From Candidatus Latescibacterota bacterium (GTDB taxonomy: Bacteria; Latescibacterota; UBA2968; UBA8231): a DNA stretch of 64,000 nt. The translations under genes were made by a program, and so were the position numbers. This document shows positions 42,901 to 51,225 of this stretch, in pieces; the stretch's first letter is position 1, and each line of letters starts with the position of its first letter. The DNA lies in NCBI GenBank assembly GCA_965248265.1, contig CBDFJF010000002.1, positions 608,001 through 672,000 on the forward strand, written 5' to 3'. The notes below the pieces were generated by a model. The model was not told where the DNA came from and ran no database searches. It saw only the letters and a program-made list of their open reading frames with translations.

Positions 42901-43436
42901 TCCCCCCGAAGCATGCCGCACAGGGCCAGGGAAATTCCACCGACCGTGCCAAGGTGCCGCAAGCGAGAGCGCAATCGATCGTCATCGACGACTCCACGGG
43001 GCTTTGTTTGGGCGGCCATATCAGCTGCGGAGATGGCTGTTGCGCTCAACAATTCACTGGAATGAAGAGCACCCTTCTTTCCGGGCAACAACTCCAGCGT
43101 GGTGATGAGCCGCTGCCGGAAGTCCGGGCAGCGGTGCTCGACGAACAGGGCGACCTCGTGTAGCGATCGTTTCCCCCGCAACTGGAGAATCGTGTCAACG
43201 ACAAACAGGACCAGGCCGGATCCTGCAATCATCCAGGCACCAAGTGTGCGCCAGAATGGACTGAAGAACAGGAGGGCCTCGAGGCCGACCCACAGTACAA
43301 TGCCCAGAGCCAGCAGCGTGGCCACACGGGTCAGGGCCACGGCGATGGCGCGCTGCACCATGCGCCGCTTCACCCGGCGGAGGAAGTCGACGACCGTGCG
43401 GTAGGATTGCTCGTCAGCAGGAGCGCCGATTGTCAT
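39984..43436 (-). CDS. DUF4175-like large membrane-anchored protein with Ig-like region and long coiled coil
   Basis: N-terminal TM helices; YAFPPYTGLP, AQDDFG and DNDLVSGPK; about 500-aa Q/E-rich coiled coil ending IRRYY. Confidence 0.75.
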   Translation of the reverse strand: MTIGAPADEQSYRTVVDFLRRVKRRMVQRAIAVALTRVATLLALGIVLWVGLEALLFFSPFWRTLGAWMIAGSGLVLFVVDTILQLRGKRSLHEVALFVEHRCPDFRQRLITTLELLPGKKGALHSSELLSATAISAADMAAQTKPRGVVDDDRLRSRLRHLGTVGGISLALCGMLRGDMIPALDRCLHPTRPYVRVSATTVTSLTGDLEIVKGDDAVVHFRVRGEVPPSARILSRESPQMPWREIEEIVLPAPTASDSLRYVFAGVRRPLTYVIEAGDGASQPARIDVLESPVVQQLQVRYAFPPYTGLPDRIDEVSGDVRAIIGTRVDLEIISSKSLSTAAVVVDDSLRLPAQITDTRAHIAWYLSADTTGQGLEASYALDAPRVSGSHYHVELTDHRGIRNRDPIRYAIRPLFDEVPRIAVTEPGRDADLPEDLHVVLGLEAQDDFGVAGIDLVYRVNDGDDNQMALSGGGGRELTVIHAWDLNGLELLPDDLVHYHAQVSDNDLVSGPKKGRSREFTFRYPSLYELMTELSETRSDQIEALNELMAEDDEETAEFVEQIRRELLKKEELSWQQRKELEATIEQQQERATAVSELARQMEETMQAMQESGLASEEILDKLDEIRELMQEVTSPELQEALQSLQDAMQDIEPQELAEALADFAADHEAFQQRLDRTLALLRQVDLEQRLEDAVSQAQDLHSRQELIDEAMKEQSEGPKLQKQEARLSEDTQSLQQELSELADDARPYDEEAANELERHAQSMQENRLSGRMKELSAQLGSQRQQAQARQLGEDLEEELGALSSGLEQIQQEFVASQKQDLLRALKQAMGSLVALSFNQEDLLNRSWNPTRPTEALPELADEQFALLNGTGALIDQLAEVGRKTVNLNLGLPTTLGHVLQSMKQAASLLGGGDGARSAPHQQKALKSMNEAALLLRESADDIRNSRTPSGFGEAMEKMMGLSEQQAALNQATQESLGQGTQLGKEGRPGQDWRSQMGRLAREQRRIQSALSELERGLRGHRGARKQLAEIDREMATALSEMRRRNPSARLGQSQQRILQRMLDASRSVNTRGFKQERISESAMDPGTYVGPWLPADLGQAPDELREAMKRALSGDYPHEYWDVIRRYYELVYEDVARERASPGEGSSLP

Positions 43437-43452
43437 GCTGGCTCGAGCCGGA

Positions 43453-44166
43453 TCAATGCGTCAATGCCCACACAACGATATTGGTACCGGCTTCGAGGGC
43501 GGCACGGCGTTTGGCTTCGGGATTGTCATGTACATCGGCATCTTCCCATCCGTCACCCAAATCGGACTCGAAAGTGTACAGGACTATCAGACGATCCTTC
43601 TCGAACAACCCCAGGGCCTGGGGCCGGGCGCCGTCGTGGGTGTGAATTTTTGGCAATCCGGCGGGTAGATCGAAGTGACAGTGAAAAAGATCGTTTTCAG
43701 CCGGCAATTCGACGAAGCTCTTCTTCGGAAAAACCCGCCTCATCTCACGACGGAATGACTCATCCATGCCGTAATTGTCATCGGCGTGCAGAAAACCGCC
43801 ACCCTCGAGATAGCGACGCAACCTCGTCACCTCGTCAGGCGAGAGAACGACATTCCCGTGGCCGGTCAGGTAGCTGTAGGGATAGCCGAAAAAATCTTCG
43901 TCCATGATGCGGACCGTAACCTCGGCAGCAGCCACGGCGATGCGGGTATGTTGACCGATGAAGCGCAAGAGGTTGGGGAGTGACGATGGATCGCCGTACC
44001 AGTCCCCACCGCCATCGTACTGCACGCGGGCGATGGTGAAAGTGCCATCTTGCTCACCAGCTGAAGGTAGGACGGACACTGCGACGATGACTACAAGAGC
44101 GGTGGCGATGATTCCGGTCTGCACGGAGAGTCGGGTCCGCAACCCCACGTTACTTTGCGGTGCCAT
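43453..44166 (-). CDS. DUF4159 domain protein
   Basis: YDGGGDWY, YLTGHG, GGFLHADDNYG, GLPKIHTHD and DLGDGWED. Confidence 0.88.
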   Translation of the reverse strand: MAPQSNVGLRTRLSVQTGIIATALVVIVAVSVLPSAGEQDGTFTIARVQYDGGGDWYGDPSSLPNLLRFIGQHTRIAVAAAEVTVRIMDEDFFGYPYSYLTGHGNVVLSPDEVTRLRRYLEGGGFLHADDNYGMDESFRREMRRVFPKKSFVELPAENDLFHCHFDLPAGLPKIHTHDGARPQALGLFEKDRLIVLYTFESDLGDGWEDADVHDNPEAKRRAALEAGTNIVVWALTH

Positions 44167-46408
44167 TCAAGACAGCAAATTTTCCCGTTACCTGGCTACC
44201 GTCTTCGGCATCGGCGACGAAGTAGTAGATGCCGGATCCAACCAGGAAGCCATCATCGTTGACGCCACTCCATCTCAGCGTTCCCTCTCCGGGCTGACCG
44301 GGAATCTGGACGACGAGCTCGCCTCCGAGGTTGTAGATGCCCAGTGTGGCTCCGAGTGGCAATCCCGCAAAGGTCAGTTTGCCTCGAGAGGCGAAGAACG
44401 GGTTGGGGAATACCCCCGAGCGGTCGCCCGGTTGCTCGGTATTTCCGATGGTGACACCGAGTCGACTCAACCCGTCGAACGTTCCGATCCACAGCTCGCC
44501 GCGGTCGTCGTCGAAGAGAAGGGATGTGACTCGATTGTTGATGAGGCCGCTGTTGCTGCTTGTCATGGTGAAGTCGATCTCACCATCCAGTCCTATCTGA
44601 CTCAATCCGCCTTCCGTAGCCACCCACACGTTGCCGCTGCTGTCGACTTCGAGATCGTTGATTTCATTGGAGGGCAGACCGTCCGCCGTCGTGTAGACAC
44701 GCCAGCGATCCACATTGAAGGTCCCATCCTGGCGCGAATAGCTGCCACTCACGCTGTTGAGCCCGGTGTCGGTCCCGACCCACACGGTGCCATCCGAACC
44801 CACCACCAGGTCTGACACGCGGTCGCTGGACATATTGGGTTCGTCGAAGCTGTTGATGAACACGGCGCGGTCGTCCGTGCTGTCGTATGGGGTGCCGCCA
44901 TCGTCGTACACACCGATGCCATCGAGCGGGGTCGTCAGCCATTTCAACCCGTCATCGGCGATGACGATCTTGTTCAGGTCGAGGCCTTTGAAGCCCAGGG
45001 CCGTCTCCTGGTCTATCACATGGCTACGCGTTGACGGAAAACCGTCTACGACGACGAGACCGAAGCGGACATTGACCAACCACATATTGCCGTCCGCATC
45101 GCGCGCAATGTCGCTGACGACGGAGAACGTTCCGTCGGGGGGCAAACCCTGCAAATCGGAGTTACCCGGGTGCATGCTCGTCCACCTCGTCCCACTCGAG
45201 TTGAGAATGGAGACGCCGGTCCCCCACGATCCGACCCAGAGCTGGCCGCGAGCGTCCGACTCCAGGCTAACCAGGTCATCAATCGGCAGGCCCGACGCCT
45301 TGTTGTGAACGTGCCAACCCGTCGACGTGAGTTGGTAGATGCCGAATGACTCCTGTTGGTCGTTGGGAATACTGGTCACCCAGAGATCTCCGTTCTCCAG
45401 CAGCTTCATTTCATAGAATCTGTTGGCGCCCGGCTCCGGCGAGGCCGGTGGCGGGGTGGCGTTGAATATCTTTATCCCACCATCCGTGGCCAACCAGAGA
45501 TTGGTGCGGTTGCGGGACAGCGCTTTGACGGAGTCGGGTTCAATCGGTCCGGGAAGCCGCTCCCAGTCTGCTTCTCCCTGCCGGCTATAGAAATTGCCAT
45601 CCCCGACGGCGGCGGTGGGGCGAAAACTGCGGCGGCCCAGGCTGACTATGTCATTGGTCTCAAAGTCTTTAAAAAATCGCTCTACAGGTGGGCCTGAGTA
45701 ATTCCAGTTGTACCTGAACACACCCTCCCGGGAAGCCACGTACACTTCTCCGTTATCCGCGAGCAGGTCCCGCACCGGGACGAAGCGTTTGGTTTCCTTC
45801 CAGCTCTCTGGATCCTGCAGGTTGGTTTGACGCGTATCGGCCCATGCCAATCCCTCAGCAGTTCCTGCCCACAGCACGCTGTCCGCCAAAGCGAGTTTGG
45901 TCACTTCGATGTCTTTGGGCAGTACAGTGCCCAGTTTCCGGTAGGTTTCCTTAACCTCCTCGCGATCGATGAGAAAAAGACTGACCCCGCGTTCGGAACC
46001 CACGTAAAGATTGTTGCCATCTGCCAACAGGGCCCGGACGCTCAGTCCCTCGAATTCGCGGAAGGGTTTATCGAACGTGCCGGTTTCAGGGCGGTAACGA
46101 CTGATGCCAAAACCCTCCGTGCCGAGCCAGATGTGATCATTGTCATCGGCCGCGAGAGACAGTACCCGGTTGCCTGCCAGGCCGTCCAACAGCGTGAACC
46201 GACTGTATTGCCGGTTCCGAGTATGGTAGAACAGGGCGCCACCCTGAGTGGCGGCCCATACGCCCTCCCCGGTGACCAAGATATCGTTGACGTCGAGCAT
46301 GCTGGTAAAGGCCGTCCACTCTCCCTCGATTGTCTGGCTCCGGCCTTCAACCACCAGCGTCGTGGCCAACGCGATCGCTGCCGCGATGTATCGTGTGACG
46401 AATTTCAT
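44150..46408 (-). CDS. PorZ-like double beta-propeller protein with C-terminal T9SS CTD/FlgD-like Ig domain
   Basis: Signal peptide; repeated W[VI]GT..GL blades and GL.SN motifs; C-terminal VFPNPF..IYNLGGELV..W.G..GSGIYY. Confidence 0.7.
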   Translation of the reverse strand: MKFVTRYIAAAIALATTLVVEGRSQTIEGEWTAFTSMLDVNDILVTGEGVWAATQGGALFYHTRNRQYSRFTLLDGLAGNRVLSLAADDNDHIWLGTEGFGISRYRPETGTFDKPFREFEGLSVRALLADGNNLYVGSERGVSLFLIDREEVKETYRKLGTVLPKDIEVTKLALADSVLWAGTAEGLAWADTRQTNLQDPESWKETKRFVPVRDLLADNGEVYVASREGVFRYNWNYSGPPVERFFKDFETNDIVSLGRRSFRPTAAVGDGNFYSRQGEADWERLPGPIEPDSVKALSRNRTNLWLATDGGIKIFNATPPPASPEPGANRFYEMKLLENGDLWVTSIPNDQQESFGIYQLTSTGWHVHNKASGLPIDDLVSLESDARGQLWVGSWGTGVSILNSSGTRWTSMHPGNSDLQGLPPDGTFSVVSDIARDADGNMWLVNVRFGLVVVDGFPSTRSHVIDQETALGFKGLDLNKIVIADDGLKWLTTPLDGIGVYDDGGTPYDSTDDRAVFINSFDEPNMSSDRVSDLVVGSDGTVWVGTDTGLNSVSGSYSRQDGTFNVDRWRVYTTADGLPSNEINDLEVDSSGNVWVATEGGLSQIGLDGEIDFTMTSSNSGLINNRVTSLLFDDDRGELWIGTFDGLSRLGVTIGNTEQPGDRSGVFPNPFFASRGKLTFAGLPLGATLGIYNLGGELVVQIPGQPGEGTLRWSGVNDDGFLVGSGIYYFVADAEDGSQVTGKFAVLNGTAK

Positions 46409-46423
46409 CCGTGCATTCTCAGT

Positions 46424-48901
46424 TCACATAGTCATTTGTGGGTCGACGACGGCGGCCATTTCGACGTCCAGCCGTGCCGCCATCTCGCGTAGTTCGGGGA
46501 TCACCTTGCGCGCGGCACCCCGTGTCTCCTGCGGCGTTGCCCCTACCATCAACGCCTGCCAACGAAACTTGCCTCGAAGCTGGGCCAACGGCGCTGGCGC
46601 CGGCCCCAGTACGCTCGCCTTCGTCGCTGTCCGCATCAGCGATTGAACACCTTCCCTGGCCGCGCGCTCAACCGTGTCTTCGCTCGCCCCGCGCCACCGG
46701 AATACCACCAGGCGTCCAAACGGCGGAAACCCGGCCGTGCGTCGCTCTTCGAGCTCGAGCTCGGCGAAGGAATCGAAATCCTGGCGCGCCGCCGCCTCGA
46801 GAACGGGGGAATCCGGCAGGCACGTCTGGATCACGACTTCCCCTGGATTCTCGCCCCTGCCGGAACGTCCAGCCACCTGGGTCAGCAGTTGGAAGCTGCG
46901 TTCGGAGGCGCGAAAATCAGGCAGGTGAAGTCCGGTGTCGGCCGAAATCACGCCGACCAGAGTAACTTCGGGAAAGTCCAGTCCCTTGGCGACCATCTGG
47001 GTACCAAGCAGGACATCGGCCTCCCCTCTGCGGAAGCGCTCAACCAGCTCGTCGTGGGCCCCCTTCCAGCCCGTCGTGTCCACATCCATACGAATGACGC
47101 CAATTCCGTCAAACTGTTCCACCAAAGCTTGTTCTACCCGCTGCGTACCGACGCCCTCCAGATGTACTTCCTCACTGCCACAGCTCGGGCATACCTCGGG
47201 TACCGGGCAGGAGTAATCGCAATAGTGACAGCGCAGACTGTCGGCTCGGGCCCGATGCAAGGTGAGGGAAACCCGGCAACGGTTACACTGAACGCTCTCG
47301 CCGCAGGAACGGCATTGAACGACCGGGGCGTAACCCCGACGATTGAGCAAGAGGAGGATTTTCTCCCCTTTCTGCAACCGGTCGTGCATTTTCGTCCGCA
47401 ACAGGTGTGAGAACAGGGAGCGCTCCCGGCGCTGAAACGGCTCGCGCCGCATGTCGACGACCTCCACCGAAGGGAGAGGGCGATCGTCGACCCTGCTGGG
47501 CAACTCGAGCAGCTCGTACTTGCCGTTACGGGCATTCCAGAATGACTCCAGACTCGGGGTCGCCGAGCCGAGGACGACCACGGCAGAAGACAGGCGGCCG
47601 CGCACAAGAGCCAGATCGCGGGCACTGTAGGCGATTGGCTGCCGGCTTTCCAGGTCGTCCTGGGTGTAGGAGGCGTCGTGCTCCTCATCGATGACGATGA
47701 GACCGAGGTCGCGGACAGGGGCCAGGATGGCCGATCGGGCTCCGATGACTAGTCGCTGGTCGCCGTGCCGGAGCGAGCGCCAAGTGTCGTAGCGTTCGCC
47801 GCCGCTGAGCTGGCTGTGGAGGACGGCGACTTCAGAGCCAAAATGTGACTTGAAGCGTCGAACCATCTGCCAGGCCAGGGCGATTTCAGGCACAAGGACG
47901 ATTACGCCCTTCCCGGCGGCCAGCGCGTGCGCGGCTGCCCTGATGTAGACGAGAGTTTTGCCGCTGCCGGTCACGCCCTTGAGCAGCGAGGCGTGGAACT
48001 CGCCACGGTCGAGTGCGGCCAACATCGACTGCAGCACATGTTCCTGATCGGCCGTCAGATTCAACGGCAGAGCGTCATCGGCCATAATATGGGCAAGCGG
48101 GTCGCGGACGACCTCGTTCTCCACAGTCTCGAGCAATCCACGGCTGCCCAGCCCCTTGATGACGGCGTAGCCAAAGCCGTGGGCCACGAGGTCCTTCTTG
48201 GGTCGGGCGCCGTTCGTCAGGAGGTAATCGAGGCAGGCTCCCTGCTTTGGCGCACGCTGCTGAACGATGGAAAGCTGCTGTCGGGCCTCATCCTCATTCA
48301 CCAGGTGTACGGTCTGTTCGTGGCGCACGGAGACCTGGGCCTCTTTGAGTATTGGCTGGATTTCGATGTGACCATTGCGACTCAGGCGCCGCAGGCAGGG
48401 TTCCAATCCCGATTTTCCCAGGCGTCTTTGCAGTGTGCTGACTTTTAGCGGACCGTCCTTCGTCAACTCCGCACAGACCTTTCTTTCCCGGTCATCCAAC
48501 TCCGCACACGTCGCACCCGTGTCGACGAGGGACACCAGTCGGTTGGATGTCATTTTGATACCCGGGGGTATGGCGGTCGCCAGGGCGGCCCCCAACGGCA
48601 ACAGATAATAGTCTGCCATCCAGCGACACAACTCGACGACGTCGGGAGCCAACAGGTCCGCATCCAGTACCTGCACGATGTCCCGGATAGCTCCGGGGCG
48701 GGGTGCGTCTGTCCCTGGGCTCGTCTCCGTCGACGCGGCCGTAACCACGAATCCGGTCAGCAAGCGTCGCTGCACGGGTACCAGCACCATCGACCCGGGG
48801 TGCACGAGGCCGAGCAATTCGGTTGGGATTCGGTATGTGAGTTGACGGGAAAGGGGAGGGGGCAGTGCCACTTCCACCAGGCTACCGTCGGCCAGACTCA
48901 T
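46424..48901 (-). CDS. priA: Primosomal protein N'
   Basis: GVTGSGKT, DEEHD, GSATPS, LNRRGY, four CxxC pairs and GTQMVAKGLDFP. Confidence 0.97.
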   Translation of the reverse strand: MSLADGSLVEVALPPPLSRQLTYRIPTELLGLVHPGSMVLVPVQRRLLTGFVVTAASTETSPGTDAPRPGAIRDIVQVLDADLLAPDVVELCRWMADYYLLPLGAALATAIPPGIKMTSNRLVSLVDTGATCAELDDRERKVCAELTKDGPLKVSTLQRRLGKSGLEPCLRRLSRNGHIEIQPILKEAQVSVRHEQTVHLVNEDEARQQLSIVQQRAPKQGACLDYLLTNGARPKKDLVAHGFGYAVIKGLGSRGLLETVENEVVRDPLAHIMADDALPLNLTADQEHVLQSMLAALDRGEFHASLLKGVTGSGKTLVYIRAAAHALAAGKGVIVLVPEIALAWQMVRRFKSHFGSEVAVLHSQLSGGERYDTWRSLRHGDQRLVIGARSAILAPVRDLGLIVIDEEHDASYTQDDLESRQPIAYSARDLALVRGRLSSAVVVLGSATPSLESFWNARNGKYELLELPSRVDDRPLPSVEVVDMRREPFQRRERSLFSHLLRTKMHDRLQKGEKILLLLNRRGYAPVVQCRSCGESVQCNRCRVSLTLHRARADSLRCHYCDYSCPVPEVCPSCGSEEVHLEGVGTQRVEQALVEQFDGIGVIRMDVDTTGWKGAHDELVERFRRGEADVLLGTQMVAKGLDFPEVTLVGVISADTGLHLPDFRASERSFQLLTQVAGRSGRGENPGEVVIQTCLPDSPVLEAAARQDFDSFAELELEERRTAGFPPFGRLVVFRWRGASEDTVERAAREGVQSLMRTATKASVLGPAPAPLAQLRGKFRWQALMVGATPQETRGAARKVIPELREMAARLDVEMAAVVDPQMTM

Positions 48902-48915
48902 GGTTGCCGGAGCGT

Positions 48916-50136
48916 TCAGTCTGAGGCGGTGAAGTCGTGCTCTCCACTGAGCTGACTCAGTGGCTGCAGGTCTCGAGACAACAGGGTGACGCTGTCTTTC
49001 GAGGCGCGGAAACGGAGCACTTCCGTGGGATCTCCGAGGCGCCCGTTACCCAGCAGTTTTCCTTCGAGATAGAAGCGTACTCCGTGCGCACGGCCCGCCT
49101 TTACCATGAAAAATTCCCGCGCTTGCCAACGCCGTCTCTGTCCTTGCGGGATGACGACCTCCGTGCCACCGGCACCACCGTCCCACTGGATCTGAACCCA
49201 AGTCGAATCCACTGCTTCGGCTTCCAACGTCAGCAGACCGGACGCGCCACCTTGGGACGGCGCCGGAGGGACCGGGATCGGTGGGCGCTCCTCGAGCGGC
49301 GCTGCCAATGCTCTCTTGCTCGAGTCCGCAGGTGCGGCCACGGCAGGAGGGACCGGTGCAACGGACACAGCCGGGGCGTCCCCGGCGCCAGCTAAATTCC
49401 GTGCGGAATGGACAATCTCAGACGGATCGGCACTCTCCGACAGCCTACCCTCCATGGTGTCCCCCGCCACGTTCTCAATCGCGGGTTCAGTTGTGCCGCT
49501 TACCTGTTCAGACGAGCCGCGGCCCGGTTGCTGCGCAAGTGCGGTTGTTGATGATGCTTCATCCGCGGCGTCAGGTGATGTCGATGTCGCCACAGCATCC
49601 GCAACCCTATCTGGTTGATGCTCGGTCGCTGCGGCTTCCTGCAGTTGACGGTTCGAATGAGCAGAGCCATCGCCCAGACTACCGGTATACCACAATGCCA
49701 GGAAGACGACGATCAAGACCACGGAGGCGACGAATACCAGGCGCTGTGCCTGAGACAACCGACGAAACATTTCAAGCGTGTCGGCCAACCAGGCGGCACC
49801 GCCAGTCATCAACGAAGCGCCATCTCCGGCACTGGCAGCAACCGCAATCGGCGTAGGCTTGGTAGCCACGTCCAGATCCGCCTCGAGCATGCGCAGCATC
49901 TCGTCAACATCGAGTTCAAGGTGCTCGGCATATGACTTGAGAGCCAGCAGCACGTACACGGGCTCCACGACGTCGAGCTGGCCACTCTCCAGCCCCCGGA
50001 GCACCTTCGGGCTGATTCCGATTAGTTGGTTGACCTGTTCGACCGTCTCGCCACGCGCCTCGCGTGCACGAAGCAGGCGGTCTGACAGTGAGGGGGCACC
50101 TTCAGTAGTCATTGTGGAGGAATATTCTCGGGACAC
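48916..50136 (-). CDS. RodZ-like protein (HTH, TM helix, DUF4115 domain)
   Basis: N-terminal HTH (LLRAREARG..LESG..YAEHLEL), one TM helix, A/P/S linker and C-terminal STWVQIQWDG; start uncertain (50136 or 50112). Confidence 0.8.
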   Translation of the reverse strand: MSREYSSTMTTEGAPSLSDRLLRAREARGETVEQVNQLIGISPKVLRGLESGQLDVVEPVYVLLALKSYAEHLELDVDEMLRMLEADLDVATKPTPIAVAASAGDGASLMTGGAAWLADTLEMFRRLSQAQRLVFVASVVLIVVFLALWYTGSLGDGSAHSNRQLQEAAATEHQPDRVADAVATSTSPDAADEASSTTALAQQPGRGSSEQVSGTTEPAIENVAGDTMEGRLSESADPSEIVHSARNLAGAGDAPAVSVAPVPPAVAAPADSSKRALAAPLEERPPIPVPPAPSQGGASGLLTLEAEAVDSTWVQIQWDGGAGGTEVVIPQGQRRRWQAREFFMVKAGRAHGVRFYLEGKLLGNGRLGDPTEVLRFRASKDSVTLLSRDLQPLSQLSGEHDFTASD

Positions 50137-50153
50137 AATCCAAGACGCGAATA

Positions 50154-50783
50154 TCAGCTGTAACCAGCCTCACTCAGCATGGCAGTCAAACGCGCCAACG
50201 GCAAGCCGACGACATTATAATAACAACCACTTATGCGTTCAACGAAGCGCGCGCCCAGACCCTGAATAGCATAGGCACCGGCCTTGTCCATCGGTTCTCC
50301 GGAGGCCACGTAGGTCTCGATATCCTCAGCGGACAGCGGTCTCATCCAGACCTCCGTGAAAACGCAATCCGTTTGCTCACGCCAACCAGGGCCCAACAAG
50401 CAGACACCCGTACACACCGTGTGACTCCGGCCTGACAGAAGGCGTAACATCGCCCGTGCGTTCGCCGTGTCCGCCGGCTTACCGAGAATCCGGCCGTCCA
50501 CGACCACCATGGTATCCGCCCCAATGACGATCGTCGGTGTGTCAGCGGTCGGGCCCACCAGTTCATGAACCGCCCGTGCCTTGACTTGCGCGCACTTGAT
50601 CGCTTGCCCTCCCGGATCATCGTCGTCGATGGGCGCTGGTTCCGCCTGGGAACTGACGACCTGGTCGAACTCGATGTGCAATTGACGCAGCAGTTGTCCG
50701 CGTCGCGGCGATCCCGAGCCCAGGACCAGGCGAATGCCGTGTTGCCCAATCACGGGTGCTCCATCATCACGGCCGCTCGGCAT
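50154..50783 (-). CDS. maf: Maf family nucleoside triphosphate pyrophosphatase
   Basis: LGSGSPRR, GADTMV..LGKP, LSGRSH and DKAGAYAIQG. Confidence 0.94.
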   Translation of the reverse strand: MPSGRDDGAPVIGQHGIRLVLGSGSPRRGQLLRQLHIEFDQVVSSQAEPAPIDDDDPGGQAIKCAQVKARAVHELVGPTADTPTIVIGADTMVVVDGRILGKPADTANARAMLRLLSGRSHTVCTGVCLLGPGWREQTDCVFTEVWMRPLSAEDIETYVASGEPMDKAGAYAIQGLGARFVERISGCYYNVVGLPLARLTAMLSEAGYS

Positions 50784-51222
50784 CCGGATACTCCAAAAAG
50801 ATGGTCACGGGACCGTCATTGTGTATTTCGACGCACATGTGAGCGCCGAACACGCCGGTGGCGACTTCAATACCGCGCTGAGCCATGCTGTCGGCAAACT
50901 GGTTGTACAGCTGCTCGGCCACGTCCGCCGAAGCCGCGGCGTTGAAGCTGGGCCGTCGTCCGCGACTGCAATCCCCATACAGGGTAAATTGCGAGATGAC
51001 CAGGGCGCCGCCCGAGACCTCGAGGAGGGAGCGATTCATGCGCCCCTCCGCGTCGGCGAACAAGCGCAGGTTCACGCACTTGTCCACGCAGTATTCAACA
51101 GTCGCCGAATCATCTTCAGCACCGACGCCGACCAACAGAACCAGGCCGGTCTCGATAGCACCGGTCGTCTCGCCATCTACGCTCACGCTGGCCAAACTCA
51201 CGCGTTGCACCAGAACTCTCAA
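50767..51222 (-). CDS. dtd: D-aminoacyl-tRNA deacylase
   Basis: VLVQRV, SQFTL, GRRPSF, FGA and NDGPVT. Confidence 0.96.
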   Translation of the reverse strand: MRVLVQRVSLASVSVDGETTGAIETGLVLLVGVGAEDDSATVEYCVDKCVNLRLFADAEGRMNRSLLEVSGGALVISQFTLYGDCSRGRRPSFNAAASADVAEQLYNQFADSMAQRGIEVATGVFGAHMCVEIHNDGPVTIFLEYPDAERP

Positions 51223-51225
51223 TCG

